A DNA stretch of 32,890 nt from contig LCJH01000003.1 in assembly GCA_000999595.1 (NCBI GenBank), positions 1-32,890 on the forward strand, in the 5' to 3' direction. A program made the translations under genes and the position numbers. The DNA comes from Microgenomates group bacterium GW2011_GWA2_44_7. GTDB taxonomy: Bacteria > Patescibacteriota > Microgenomatia > GWA2-44-7. Of the stretch, positions 21,909-31,523 are shown piece after piece. Each line of letters starts with the position of its first letter. Positions within the stretch are counted from its first letter, which is position 1. A model generated the notes under the pieces. It was not told the origin of the DNA and ran no database searches. It saw nothing but the letters and a program-made list of their open reading frames with translations.

Positions 21909-22860
21909 GACCGAAACATTCCAGAGGCGTCTAGTTAGGATTCTAAAACCTCTTGGATATAGCGATAGAGAAGCCAGAGAAGTAGTGACTGAATTTATTA
22001 ATAACGAACTTATCGGTAAAAATCAGATCGGCCTAAAAGTTTTTAAACGATTAGTTGGATATAACAAAGAACAAGTAAAAACTCCAATTGAGGTGAGCAT
22101 CAATGGAAATATTGCGACGGTTGATGCCGGCGGAAGGTTTGCTCATAGCGTTGCACAAACCGTGATAAACATTTTGACAAAAAAAACAAATAAAATGGGT
22201 GTATGCATTGTAGGGATAAAAAACAACACATCCTTTTTGAAAGCTGGGTACCTTGTAAAGAGATTAGTGGACCTGGGATATATCGGCATCAGCTTTATGT
22301 ATGTTGATGTTCCATTTTCCTCACCAACAAAAATACGTAAGCCTTTGTTTGGAACAAACCCTATCGCCATCGGAATTCCCTGTGGTCAATTTCGACTTCT
22401 TTATGATTCAAGTACCACTGCCATCTCCGGCGGCAAAAAGAAGCAGATGGAAGAAGCTTCAATTTATAAATTACAGGAATCAATAGGGCTTAACAACGAA
22501 GGCAAATTGACTAATATTCTCAGCGAGACCATGTCCGTATTGCCCTTGGGAGGAGATAAGGGTTTCGGATTACTTTTGGCGATGGAAATGCTCGCCGGAT
22601 CGCTTCTCGGTTACCAAATCCAAAATAAAAATGGGAAGTATCATGCCGATAACGGTATCTTAACGATAGCAATAGATCCAAAGAAGTTTGGAAATGCCGG
22701 CATGTTCGAGCAAAGAAACGAACGACTTTTATCCCTTCTGAAAAAAGAGTCAAAGGGAAAACTCCACATTCCCGGTGATGATTATTCTGCCCTTAAAAGA
22801 AGTTCGAAATATATGTATGTTAGCAAAGATACTTTAGACGAAATACTGAAGATGGGGTAA
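21889..22860 (+). CDS. Ldh_2 (type 2 malate/L-lactate/ureidoglycolate dehydrogenase) family oxidoreductase
   Basis: GTNPIAIGIP, YDSSTT, LPLGGDKGFGLLLAMEMLAG, IAIDP, IPG; overlaps the upstream gene by 20 bp. Confidence 0.85.
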   Translation: MKKLRVETETFQRRLVRILKPLGYSDREAREVVTEFINNELIGKNQIGLKVFKRLVGYNKEQVKTPIEVSINGNIATVDAGGRFAHSVAQTVINILTKKTNKMGVCIVGIKNNTSFLKAGYLVKRLVDLGYIGISFMYVDVPFSSPTKIRKPLFGTNPIAIGIPCGQFRLLYDSSTTAISGGKKKQMEEASIYKLQESIGLNNEGKLTNILSETMSVLPLGGDKGFGLLLAMEMLAGSLLGYQIQNKNGKYHADNGILTIAIDPKKFGNAGMFEQRNERLLSLLKKESKGKLHIPGDDYSALKRSSKYMYVSKDTLDEILKMG

Positions 22861-22930
22861 AATCGCATAAGGTAAATGAATTCAAAACATATGAACACTT
22901 TGACGAGCTTGGTCAGCTGAAAACATAAAC

Positions 22931-24256
22931 ATGAATAAAAGTTTTGAGGACTACAAAATTTTTCTCAGCCAGTACGTGGGTTTCAAAAGCATTTCGACTG
23001 ACCCTCAATTTAAGCCGGAAGTAAACAAAACCATTAACTGGCTGCAAACCCTACTTAAAAAAAACAAGTTCAAGGTTCAGCTATTAAAAGAAAAAGACGC
23101 CAACCCCTTGGCTTTTGGGACATTCACCGTTTCCCCCAAAGCCCAAACCGTCCTTGTCTATGGTCACTACGATGTTCAGCCGGCAAAGATCACCGATGGA
23201 TGGACCAGCGATCCCTTTACTCTTACAGAAACACAAGGCAGGCTTGTCGGTAGGGGAGTCGTCGACAACAAAGGCCAAAACCTGATCCACCTCCTTACCA
23301 TTTTCGAACTAATTAAAACCAAGAAGCTTAAATTCAACATTAAAATACTAATTGAAGGCGACGAGGAAACAGGAGCATCCAGCTGGCAGAATATCTTTAA
23401 AAGATATAAAAAACTTTTGAAGGCAGACTATGTTTTAGTCTCAGATGGGGAAATCGTCGGAACGAACCCTACCTTCGAAGCCTCTCTTCGAGGTGGTTTT
23501 AACCTAACCCTGCAATTCACCACGGCAAAGAACAATCTTCATTCCGGACTCGCCGGCGGGGCTGTCCCCAACGCTATCCATGAGTTATCCAAGTTTATCG
23601 CAAAGCTCTATAACGCTAAGAACCAAATTACTATTCCCGACTTTTACAAAGGTGTCGATCCCATAACCGATTTTCAAAGGAGAAATAATCGGGCCATATC
23701 GACCCCGGAAAAATCAAGGCAACTGGTAGGTACCAAAGTTCTTCTCCCTGAAGTAGGTCTGGATTTTTACACTCAAACCGGTCTGCGGCCAACGATTCAA
23801 GTTACCGGCTTTAAAGCCGGCTACATCGATGTCGGCTACGCCAATATTGTTCCGGCAACGGCCGAAGCGAGAATAAACTTCAGAATTGTTAAATCACAAA
23901 AACCCAAAGATATTTTAAAGGCCTTCCAGACTTATGTTAAGCGAAACACTCCCAAATATGTTGACTTCAAAATAAGTGTTCATGGCCCCCATAATCCCGT
24001 AAAGATTGATATCCAATCGCCCAAGGCCAAAGAAGTAAGGGCAATGCTAAAAACAGTATACGCAAAAGAGCCGATCATTAAATATGTCGGGGGAGCACTC
24101 CCGTTCGTCTCTAGCGCCAAAGAAATACTGGGAGTTGATGCGTTGTCGATCTCTCTTGGGAACGATGACTGCAACATGCACGGGGTAAATGAAAATTTCA
24201 AGGTTGATCTGGTTAAAAAGGGGCTTGCCTTCAGCCGGATGTTTTTCCAAAAGTAG
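22931..24256 (+). CDS. M20 family dipeptidase-like metallopeptidase
   Basis: SISTDP, YGHYDVQP, GRGVVDNKGQ, EGDEETG, LHSG, MHGVNE. Confidence 0.9.
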   Translation: MNKSFEDYKIFLSQYVGFKSISTDPQFKPEVNKTINWLQTLLKKNKFKVQLLKEKDANPLAFGTFTVSPKAQTVLVYGHYDVQPAKITDGWTSDPFTLTETQGRLVGRGVVDNKGQNLIHLLTIFELIKTKKLKFNIKILIEGDEETGASSWQNIFKRYKKLLKADYVLVSDGEIVGTNPTFEASLRGGFNLTLQFTTAKNNLHSGLAGGAVPNAIHELSKFIAKLYNAKNQITIPDFYKGVDPITDFQRRNNRAISTPEKSRQLVGTKVLLPEVGLDFYTQTGLRPTIQVTGFKAGYIDVGYANIVPATAEARINFRIVKSQKPKDILKAFQTYVKRNTPKYVDFKISVHGPHNPVKIDIQSPKAKEVRAMLKTVYAKEPIIKYVGGALPFVSSAKEILGVDALSISLGNDDCNMHGVNENFKVDLVKKGLAFSRMFFQK

Positions 24257-24288
24257 CCAGTCGATAAGACTTCTTTTATAATAAAGTA

Positions 24289-25815
24289 GTGGTGATTCCG
24301 TCGATCAAAAGGATTTTATTTCTTGCGCTGACCTCGCCCTTTATTTTATTATTTCTTCCATCTTTCCTCCTCATCAAAGTAATCAGGGATGGTATAAGGG
24401 CAGTAAAAGAAAAGGGCTTCTTCAGTCTACCTGTATTGGGCGTTGCTGTTGAACTGGTCGTAATCTTTGGCTTTGTACTACCGCTCTGGGTCGGCGGTTA
24501 TTACGGCACCGCTTATTACCTGGGTTACCGCTATGGCTTTATTGAACAACAAGTCTCCATCGCCGGGACAGGATCGATGTACCCAACATTTCCAAAGGGC
24601 ACCGGCAAAACAATCAAGGAACAGTCAAAAGAAATTGTCGGTCACCCCGGCATGCTTCCTTATCCCAACGGCATTCCTTTTTGGGGAAGACGTTTCCTAA
24701 ACTATACCATCAGCCGTGGTGATATCGTTGAGTTTGAAAATAACAAAACAAAAGAGATTACCAAAAGAGATGACGGGCAAGAGGCTGGATTTGTAAAAAG
24801 GGTCATCGCCCTTCCCGGTGATCAGTTGGAAATAAGAGACGGGCTGGTTGTCCTTAACAACCAACCGTTAGATGAGCCCTATATCTCGCGCGCACGTTCC
24901 ACTTTTGGCGGAACGTATCTATCTGAATGTATAAAAGTCACTATTCCCCAGGGCAAGCTGTTTGTCATGGGCGACAACCGGAAGGGCAGCCTTGACTCAC
25001 GACACGAATTGCAACTGGTCGCTTATGACGATATCCACTTTGTGATCCCGCTTGCAAAACAAAAAGATAATTTGGACAAATACTGGAGAAATACCGGCGG
25101 TGATCTGAGCGACAGCGCCAAAATTAAATTAGATAAAGATGAATTTCTTAAGTTGCTAAACGCCAAAAGGAAAGAGGCCAAAGTACCGACTTTAAAATAT
25201 CAACCTAAGCTCGAAGACTCTGCTTTGCGGCGAGCAAAAGCCATTTTAAAATACGATGATTTTTCTTTCGACGCAACCAAGAGCGGTCTGACCATGGAGA
25301 AAGCTATGGAGCAAGCTGGTTATTTCAATATCGTCACCGGCGAATCGCCGATCCAAGGCTATTATGATGCTCAAGAATTAATTGAAAATCAGTTTGAATT
25401 TGCCGATTCAAAAAAATTTCTCTTAAATAGAGAATATCAAGATTTTGCCGTCGCCGAACTTGAAGGCCAAATAAATGGTTGCCCTACCCAAATAATTGTC
25501 CAACATCTTGCCGGCTATAAGCCGCCTGATTACAAAAAAGAAACGATCAACAACTGGAAGCAGGCCCTGCTTCGTCTAAGAGAAATTCAACCTGGGTGGC
25601 AAAGCCTAAAAGCATATCCCGGCTATTACGAACAACACAAAAAAGAAGTCGACCGAATAAGTGAGATCATAAGCATCCGAATCGAAAATATTGAAAAGAT
25701 AGTTAAGCGAATGGAAAAAAACGAGTGGCTTACTAAAGAAGAAATAGATTATACGTTCAAAGACGAATCCTTATCCAAGGAAGAAGGAGCACTTGCTGAC
25801 AAACTAAACAGTTAA
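24289..25815 (+). CDS. lepB: Signal peptidase I (S26) fused to a CAP/SCP-like domain and a helical tail
   Basis: Two TM segments, GSMYPT (Ser), FVKRVIALPGD (Lys), FVMGDNR..SLDSR; then LLNAKR....L.....LEDSA..RA...FS...GY...GE CAP-like pattern. Confidence 0.8.
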   Translation: MVIPSIKRILFLALTSPFILLFLPSFLLIKVIRDGIRAVKEKGFFSLPVLGVAVELVVIFGFVLPLWVGGYYGTAYYLGYRYGFIEQQVSIAGTGSMYPTFPKGTGKTIKEQSKEIVGHPGMLPYPNGIPFWGRRFLNYTISRGDIVEFENNKTKEITKRDDGQEAGFVKRVIALPGDQLEIRDGLVVLNNQPLDEPYISRARSTFGGTYLSECIKVTIPQGKLFVMGDNRKGSLDSRHELQLVAYDDIHFVIPLAKQKDNLDKYWRNTGGDLSDSAKIKLDKDEFLKLLNAKRKEAKVPTLKYQPKLEDSALRRAKAILKYDDFSFDATKSGLTMEKAMEQAGYFNIVTGESPIQGYYDAQELIENQFEFADSKKFLLNREYQDFAVAELEGQINGCPTQIIVQHLAGYKPPDYKKETINNWKQALLRLREIQPGWQSLKAYPGYYEQHKKEVDRISEIISIRIENIEKIVKRMEKNEWLTKEEIDYTFKDESLSKEEGALADKLNS

Positions 25816-25905
25816 GAATAAGAGATACCTCAAAAATTGTTGTCAATCTCACAGAATATATCTTATCTCCCAGTTATCATATAGTAGTACTCTTTCGTCC
25901 TGCCT

Positions 25906-26103
25906 ATGAATCTTCCTAACTTAAATAAACAGCAAAGAACCTTTTATATACACAAGATCGAATTGGACCGCAGATCGGGGGAGGACAGCGTATTTAACAG
26001 TAATCTTCTAAGTAGCCAGATTGCCCAAAACAATCCTGTTAGAGAAAAAAGGCAGACCTTTTTCGATCACCTGTTAATGGTTCTTTTCTCACGGACAGAG
26101 TAA
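25906..26103 (+). CDS. Possible small hypothetical protein (65 aa)
   Basis: ORF only. Confidence 0.25.
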   Translation: MNLPNLNKQQRTFYIHKIELDRRSGEDSVFNSNLLSSQIAQNNPVREKRQTFFDHLLMVLFSRTE

Positions 26104-26257
26104 AACTTGTCACATTTCACCGGACACCCAAGCTAAAGTGTGATTATTAATTTCACTGTGGATATCAATTTTCCTAAAGTATTACTTCCATTTAAAGAAG
26201 TGGAGAGTTATCAGCGAGAGTTCGAGCCACGAGCCCCTCCCTGAAGCATCAACATTC

Positions 26258-27292
26258 TTATTTATTACCGGAATGATATTGTTTATGGACCTCTTTAAGC
26301 TGTCGGTTGGTGACGTGGGTATATATTTGGGTAGTCGCTACGTTTTTGTGGCCAAGCATTTCTTGGACGCTTCGAAGATCAGCCCCTGCCTGTAATAGGT
26401 CCGTTGCAAACGAATGCCTTAAGCCATGGGGAGTAATTTTGATAGGAAGTTTGGCCTTTTTAACGTATTTTTCAACCAGCCGTTGAATACTTCGCGAAGT
26501 TAAGCGATGTTTCTCGCTTTCATTTACATCAAACGTCTTGATCACCTTCTCTATGTCTCCCTTTAGACCACGAAAATTAATAAAGAGTGGTGTCCATTGA
26601 TCTTTTCGCATCGCCAGATACCCCTCAAGCGACTGCGCCGCCCGGTCAGAAATAAAAACCACCCTAACTTTTCGTCCCTTCCCGATAATTCCAAACTCCC
26701 TCCGCTCGATATTAACCGTGTCTCTATTTAAAGAAACCAATTCACTCACCCGTAAGCCCGTGGAGAATAATAATTCAAGAATTGCCTTGTCCCTGGCGCC
26801 ATCAAGCGTCGAGGGTAGTGGTTGACTTAAGAGATGCTCCACTTGATCGCGATCTAAAAACTTTAGACTATGAGACTCCCCCCTGGGCAATTCTATTTTT
26901 TCGGGCGAAAGAACATTGTAATCATTTTTCGTTAACCATTTGAGAAACGCCCGGATGGCAATAACATAATAAGACTGAGTCACCCGAGACAAAGACCTAT
27001 TCTTAGAGTCCGTGTACTGAGCAAGATAGAGCCGATATTTTCTAATTGTCGGTAAGTTTATATCCTGAACCTTACAGCTCTCACCCTCGGACTTTATCAA
27101 CCAGTCCAAGAAGCGTCTCAGGTAATGGCGATAGTCCCGAATCGTTAAAGGTGACGCATTCTTCTCGACCAGAAGATAACCTAAAAAATCTTCAATTAAC
27201 ACGCCAATCGGACCGCCAAGCCGACCACCGGGTAGGGGAGTGGAACCCTGGTTTGACGGCTCATCGTGTTTGTCTGACGGATTAACTGACAT
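26258..27292 (-). CDS. XerC/XerD-type tyrosine recombinase
   Basis: N-terminal SAM-like FL.YL..EK..S..T...Y; RDKAILELLFSTGLRVSEL, GKGRKVR, TPHGLRHSFAT, LGH....TTQIYTHV (R-K-H-R-H-Y intact). Confidence 0.92.
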   Translation of the reverse strand: MSVNPSDKHDEPSNQGSTPLPGGRLGGPIGVLIEDFLGYLLVEKNASPLTIRDYRHYLRRFLDWLIKSEGESCKVQDINLPTIRKYRLYLAQYTDSKNRSLSRVTQSYYVIAIRAFLKWLTKNDYNVLSPEKIELPRGESHSLKFLDRDQVEHLLSQPLPSTLDGARDKAILELLFSTGLRVSELVSLNRDTVNIERREFGIIGKGRKVRVVFISDRAAQSLEGYLAMRKDQWTPLFINFRGLKGDIEKVIKTFDVNESEKHRLTSRSIQRLVEKYVKKAKLPIKITPHGLRHSFATDLLQAGADLRSVQEMLGHKNVATTQIYTHVTNRQLKEVHKQYHSGNK

Positions 27293-27449
27293 AGGCTTAT
27301 AGTAGTTGTTGTTGCGAGATAAAATTTTAACTTATACCAAGAATACGACCATGGACATCGCCTGTCAATATTGTGCGACATTGTTATTTGGGATGTAGAC
27401 CCTTTTACTGAAAAACTCAGATCTGAGTTTTTGAAGTATACTTACACGA

Positions 27450-27794
27450 ATGGCCAAACAAAGGAACAAAAGGATTACCGTCCGCGCTATTCACGAGAGT
27501 TTCTTTCCAGAATATGATCAGTGGCACAGTCGCCTCACTCCGAGAATTATCGCTTGGCACTTGCATGTCGTGGAAGTTGTTTATCTCTGGGTAAAAGGAA
27601 AAAGAACTTACTGGAAACACAACCGCACCACCGGAACCTGTCGCCATCATGCCAAAACTGAATTTGGAGATCTGATGTGGCTCACAGCTGATATTGTTTG
27701 GATGGTAACAAAAATCGAACTGCCAATCGTTTCTCAAAAAGCTTTTCAAAGAATCTGGGACAAGATGGAAGAACGAAAACAGCTGACCTCGTAG
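27450..27794 (+). CDS. Small protein with a MazG-like EFGDLMWL motif
   Basis: 114 aa; EFGDLMW resembles ELGDVLW, and K..R near the C-terminus fits all-alpha NTP pyrophosphohydrolases; the first acidic motif is poor. Confidence 0.4.
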   Translation: MAKQRNKRITVRAIHESFFPEYDQWHSRLTPRIIAWHLHVVEVVYLWVKGKRTYWKHNRTTGTCRHHAKTEFGDLMWLTADIVWMVTKIELPIVSQKAFQRIWDKMEERKQLTS

Positions 27795-28297
27795 AATGCC
27801 CTAGGAAGGCTTTTTAACGACCGACCTTGACCTTTCTACATTCATCTTGCCAAAGAATGAAAGGGTCTGAGAAACGAGTGAAAATTCCGCAGGTGTTTCG
27901 GGAATTCTTCGGAAGTCAAAAAGTATGGCACCGCCCAAACTTAGGGAAGATCCCCAAGGAGACAGATCAAACAAAACCACCAGCAAAATGATTATTCAGA
28001 AATCTCACCACCTGGTTCAGACTTGGGCACTACTCTTTTTCCTAAAGCGCAACGTCGCAAAAGTATTATTGTGCGACCTTATATCAATCTCTTCCCTCCA
28101 ATTAGATCAGGTCCTACTGTTACCAAGCAACCATTTACAGAAGTAAAACTTTGGACCAGACACCAGCGGGGAGAGCGCTGCCGGTGTGCAAATTAATTTA
28201 GTATGTGTCAGGATTTTCTCTTATCTTCTCTCGTGCCTCACTGATCAACAGCAAGCGACAAGAGGGCTTCTCCGGGAACTTGGCAATGACTTATCCA

Positions 28298-28452
28298 CAG
28301 TAAAAAGTTCGTGAGCAAACTTTTCACTATAAACACTGGCCAGAACCTAGCTCTCGCACTCAAAAATTTGCGACCAAATTTTTGAGTGTAAACAGCGACT
28401 ATATCATTGTATATCACTCGAAAATTTGTGACAAAATTTTTGAGTGTGAACA
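28298..28452. repeat. Three 38-bp palindromic repeats separated by 21- and 20-bp unique spacers
   Basis: 28298-28335, 28357-28394, 28415-28452; units 2 and 3 differ at 4 of 38 positions. Confidence 0.85.
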
Positions 28453-28767
28453 CATTAATGAAAATGAACCCAGCTTGGGACGCGAAAATGTACCGATATT
28501 GCTTGATATTCCGATCCTTTTGAAGCTATCTCTCATTACTTTTTAGGAGGAGAGTAAGCCCGGAAGAACTATTATTAAGTCGCCACCTTCCTGCTTGAGA
28601 TACTTAAACTAAAACTAAAAACATAAAACTCTAAAATTATTCACCGACCTATAACAAACCGTGAAAACAAACCATCTTTTGTCGTGAAAAAGAAGAATAA
28701 TTTATTATATATTATAGGCCTATAGCAAAATCTGCACCCCTCTCCCCTGTCCTTGGCAACACCTCGA

Positions 28768-29064
28768 TTATTTTGAATCCCTCTTTTTTTTATCTTCTTC
28801 TTGTCTTTGGCGAGCAAGTGTTTCAAGAAGTCTTCTTGTTGCCTCTTTCCATTCTTGAGGCTTGGCTTTGGGATTACCATACCCATCAAACTCAACGTCA
28901 TCGCCGTCATCTTCATCTCCACCCCCCCCGCCATACGCACGCACCCCTATGGCAGTCAGCCTCAAGAAAGCCGAACAAAGCCCAGCATACGGATCATCTA
29001 CTTCAGCCGGGCCAGTGTGGACGCCCAGCTCTCTCTTTTCGTGTTCACGAGAGAAACCTCCCAT
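28768..29064 (-). CDS. Hypothetical protein (98 aa) with a Gly/Asp tract
   Basis: ATG 6 nt after the upstream stop on the same strand; protein-like composition. Confidence 0.55.
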   Translation of the reverse strand: MGGFSREHEKRELGVHTGPAEVDDPYAGLCSAFLRLTAIGVRAYGGGGGDEDDGDDVEFDGYGNPKAKPQEWKEATRRLLETLARQRQEEDKKKRDSK

Positions 29065-29070
29065 GAGTAA

Positions 29071-29841
29071 TTAACCTCCCCAGCGAGTTGTGAGAAACAT
29101 GGTTATAAAAACGGCTCCTCCAACAGCTAAGTATTCCCAAATCGTCTGCCGAAAAAGCCTACCCGTTAGCTCATGCTGGGAAATCCCCAATAGTATATAA
29201 CCCATGGTGGTGAGAAATAAAGAACCAACTGTAACTGTAACCGGCCACAAAGAGAGACCCAGCGTTATTTCCCCTACCACCAAACTTAGGATTATGGAGT
29301 AGTAAATATATTTTCTTGGCACCGTCTCACTCACCTCTGAGGACCAAATACCTTGAAGATAAAGTGGCAAACTAACAAGCACCACCAAGATGGCGTTAGA
29401 CCACGGATATAAGCGAAATGAAAGAATGGTGTCATAGAGTAAAAAGAGGGTAAATAAGGTCAATACATAACCAACCGCCTGAGCCGCCCGAGCTAGGGCA
29501 ATCGTCCGGATTGAAGCCACGGTATAAATATTCGCCGTGAGCAACAAAGCATAAACCCCAACCCCATACAGGGTGATAATCGGTAGCCTTATCAGCCATT
29601 GCTCAGGAAGCAAAAAGTAAAAGAATCCAACCCCGAGCGTAAATGAAACCGGAAGGATAAGGGAAAGATAAGCAGCTTTGGTAAGCAGGCTTTCTCTCAA
29701 GGACCAAAAGCAAAGAAAAAAACTTATTAACCCAAGTATTAATACAAGAATGTTTTGATCGTAAAAATCGCTGACGGCCACGATAAACATGAAGATCGAC
29801 AAGACAACAGATACGAGAACAAACTTTTGCCGTTTACTCAT
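29071..29841 (-). CDS. Multi-pass membrane protein of unknown function
   Basis: 256 aa, about 8-9 hydrophobic segments, RTIALARAAQ loop. Confidence 0.8.
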   Translation of the reverse strand: MSKRQKFVLVSVVLSIFMFIVAVSDFYDQNILVLILGLISFFLCFWSLRESLLTKAAYLSLILPVSFTLGVGFFYFLLPEQWLIRLPIITLYGVGVYALLLTANIYTVASIRTIALARAAQAVGYVLTLFTLFLLYDTILSFRLYPWSNAILVVLVSLPLYLQGIWSSEVSETVPRKYIYYSIILSLVVGEITLGLSLWPVTVTVGSLFLTTMGYILLGISQHELTGRLFRQTIWEYLAVGGAVFITMFLTTRWGG

Positions 29842-29862
29842 AAATTAAAAAACTGCCCTTTT

Positions 29863-30621
29863 TTAAGCCAACACTTCGGTTAAAACATCTTTGGGAATAT
29901 CCATGTTTGCCCACACTTTTTGAACATCGTCTAAATTCTCAAGGTCGTCCAAAATCTTCATCACCCTTTTGGCCTCCGCCGGATCTTTAACCTCGATAAC
30001 AGTGGTGGGTCTTTGTGCAGGCTCAGCTGATCTGACGACAAAGCCATTTTCCGCTAGCGTCTTGCGGGCTGTCTCAAGTTGGGAAAGAGAAACATAAATC
30101 TCTAGACCGTCCTCTACCTCTTCGACATCATCCGCTCCGACCAGATCAATAATTTTTAAAATCTGGTCATCGATCGGATCACTTTTCTCCACCACGATAA
30201 AACCAACCTTATTAAATTGAAAAGACACCGCCCCTGGCCCGGCCAGTGATCCCCCGCTTTTGTCAAAAATATTTTTGACAACCTGGGCCGTCCTTTGTTT
30301 GTTATCGGTAACGGCTTCAACTAAGATTCCCACCCCAAAAGGTCCATAACCCTCATAAAGTACTTCTTCAAGGCTTATCCCGGAACCTGCTCCCCTACCT
30401 CGATCAACTGCCCGCTGGATATTGTCTTTGGGCATATTAATCTCCTTTGCTTTTTGAATAACCAAGCGGAGCTTAAAGTTTGATTGAGGGTCAGTAACCC
30501 CTCCACCCTCACGCACCGCGACGGTAATAGCGTTAGCCAGCTTTGTAAACTGCTGTCCTCGCTTCGCATCGTTGGATTCTTTCTGTCGACGGATCGTCGC
30601 CCACTTAGAATGTCCGGACAT
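29863..30621 (-). CDS. yebC: YebC/PmpR family protein
   Basis: MSGHSKWATI, MPKDNI.RA, YEGYGP.GV, TDNKQRT, DDVQKVWAN. Confidence 0.95.
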   Translation of the reverse strand: MSGHSKWATIRRQKESNDAKRGQQFTKLANAITVAVREGGGVTDPQSNFKLRLVIQKAKEINMPKDNIQRAVDRGRGAGSGISLEEVLYEGYGPFGVGILVEAVTDNKQRTAQVVKNIFDKSGGSLAGPGAVSFQFNKVGFIVVEKSDPIDDQILKIIDLVGADDVEEVEDGLEIYVSLSQLETARKTLAENGFVVRSAEPAQRPTTVIEVKDPAEAKRVMKILDDLENLDDVQKVWANMDIPKDVLTEVLA

Positions 30622-30717
30622 ATGCTAATTTTATCGCTACACAATAAAATAGAGCAAGAAGGAGAGAAAAGTCTCTTGACAAAGCGACTTTCCTGCCTAA
30701 TACTGACGAGAAGTTAC

Positions 30718-31509
30718 ATGTTAAGTAATATTACATCAGATATTGAGCAGTTGGGCAACCTGGCCACTTCTCAGGCACTTAAAGGAGATTGGGAAACCGC
30801 CATCAGGCTAAATAAACAGATAGTAAAATCTGATCAAAACAATATTGACGCCCTTAATCGACTCGGGCATGCATACACCGAGGTCGGCATGGTCACCGAA
30901 GCCGTAACCATCTATCGAAAGGTGTTAAGAGTCGACCCCTACAATAGTATCGCCAATAAAAATTTAAGAAGACTCAGAACGATTAAAGGCAAACTAAGAG
31001 GAAAAACAAAGACCGATAAATCAGCCGTTCAAACAATACGTGGTTCGTCCCTGGTAAATCTATTTTTAGAAGTACCCGGCAAAACCGCCACCGTTTCGCT
31101 TACCGAAATTGCTGAACCACGCACCCTCGCCTTGATTAACTGTGCTGACCGAATATATCTCAAACCCAAAAAACATCAGATAACACTAAACTCCGATGAC
31201 GGAACCTATTTAGGGAAGCTCCCAGACATTCTGGCCGCCCGTCTTATTAAACTAATAAAGGGTGGTAACCAATATGAAGCTTACGTGAAGGGTGTCACCG
31301 ATGAACAGATAAAAGTCTTCCTAAAAGAGGTAAAACGGGCGAAACGCTTGGTTAACGTTAATTCCTTTCCTATTGACGATCGAACTCTTTACGTCGCTTT
31401 TACTCCCCCGGATTTAGTCCATGGGGAGATGCCTGAATCTCGCACACTGGAAGACCAAGCAGAGGATGGATCAGAGGATGATGAATCCGGTAGCAATCGC
31501 GAAGACTAA
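30718..31509 (+). CDS. TPR protein with C-terminal HIRAN-like region and acidic tail (start at ATG 30718)
   Basis: DALNRLGHAY..G....A...YRKVL..DPYN TPR; YLGKLP..LAARLIKLI.GG..Y; TTGACA at 30676 supports this start. Confidence 0.75.
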   Translation: MLSNITSDIEQLGNLATSQALKGDWETAIRLNKQIVKSDQNNIDALNRLGHAYTEVGMVTEAVTIYRKVLRVDPYNSIANKNLRRLRTIKGKLRGKTKTDKSAVQTIRGSSLVNLFLEVPGKTATVSLTEIAEPRTLALINCADRIYLKPKKHQITLNSDDGTYLGKLPDILAARLIKLIKGGNQYEAYVKGVTDEQIKVFLKEVKRAKRLVNVNSFPIDDRTLYVAFTPPDLVHGEMPESRTLEDQAEDGSEDDESGSNRED

Positions 31510-31523
31510 GTCACACTCTGCGC

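Noticed and set aside
27369-28077. 11-bp direct repeat tattgtgcgac (27369-27379, 28067-28077) flanking the MazG-like ORF as att sites
   Set aside because: Short enough to arise by chance; no other support
28291-28299. Perfect DnaA box TTATCCACA next to the array as a sign of oriC
   Set aside because: Single box, no cluster and no dnaA/dnaN; another perfect box lies inside coding sequence at 32632-32640
28298-28452. Bona fide CRISPR array or attC sites
   Set aside because: Only three divergent units, no cas genes or leader recognised; lacks paired RYYYAAC/GTTRRRY ends and cassette ORFs
27801-28453. Short ORFs 27801-27986, 27925-28146 and 28238-28453
   Set aside because: No motifs or SD; the last merely runs through the repeat array
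28690-28722. AT-rich ttattatatattata as a dif site
   Set aside because: No recognisable XerD arm (TTATGTTAAAT-like)
30484-30717. N-terminal extension of the listed 341-aa ORF
   Set aside because: Overlaps yebC antisense; the promoter-like motif supports ATG 30718
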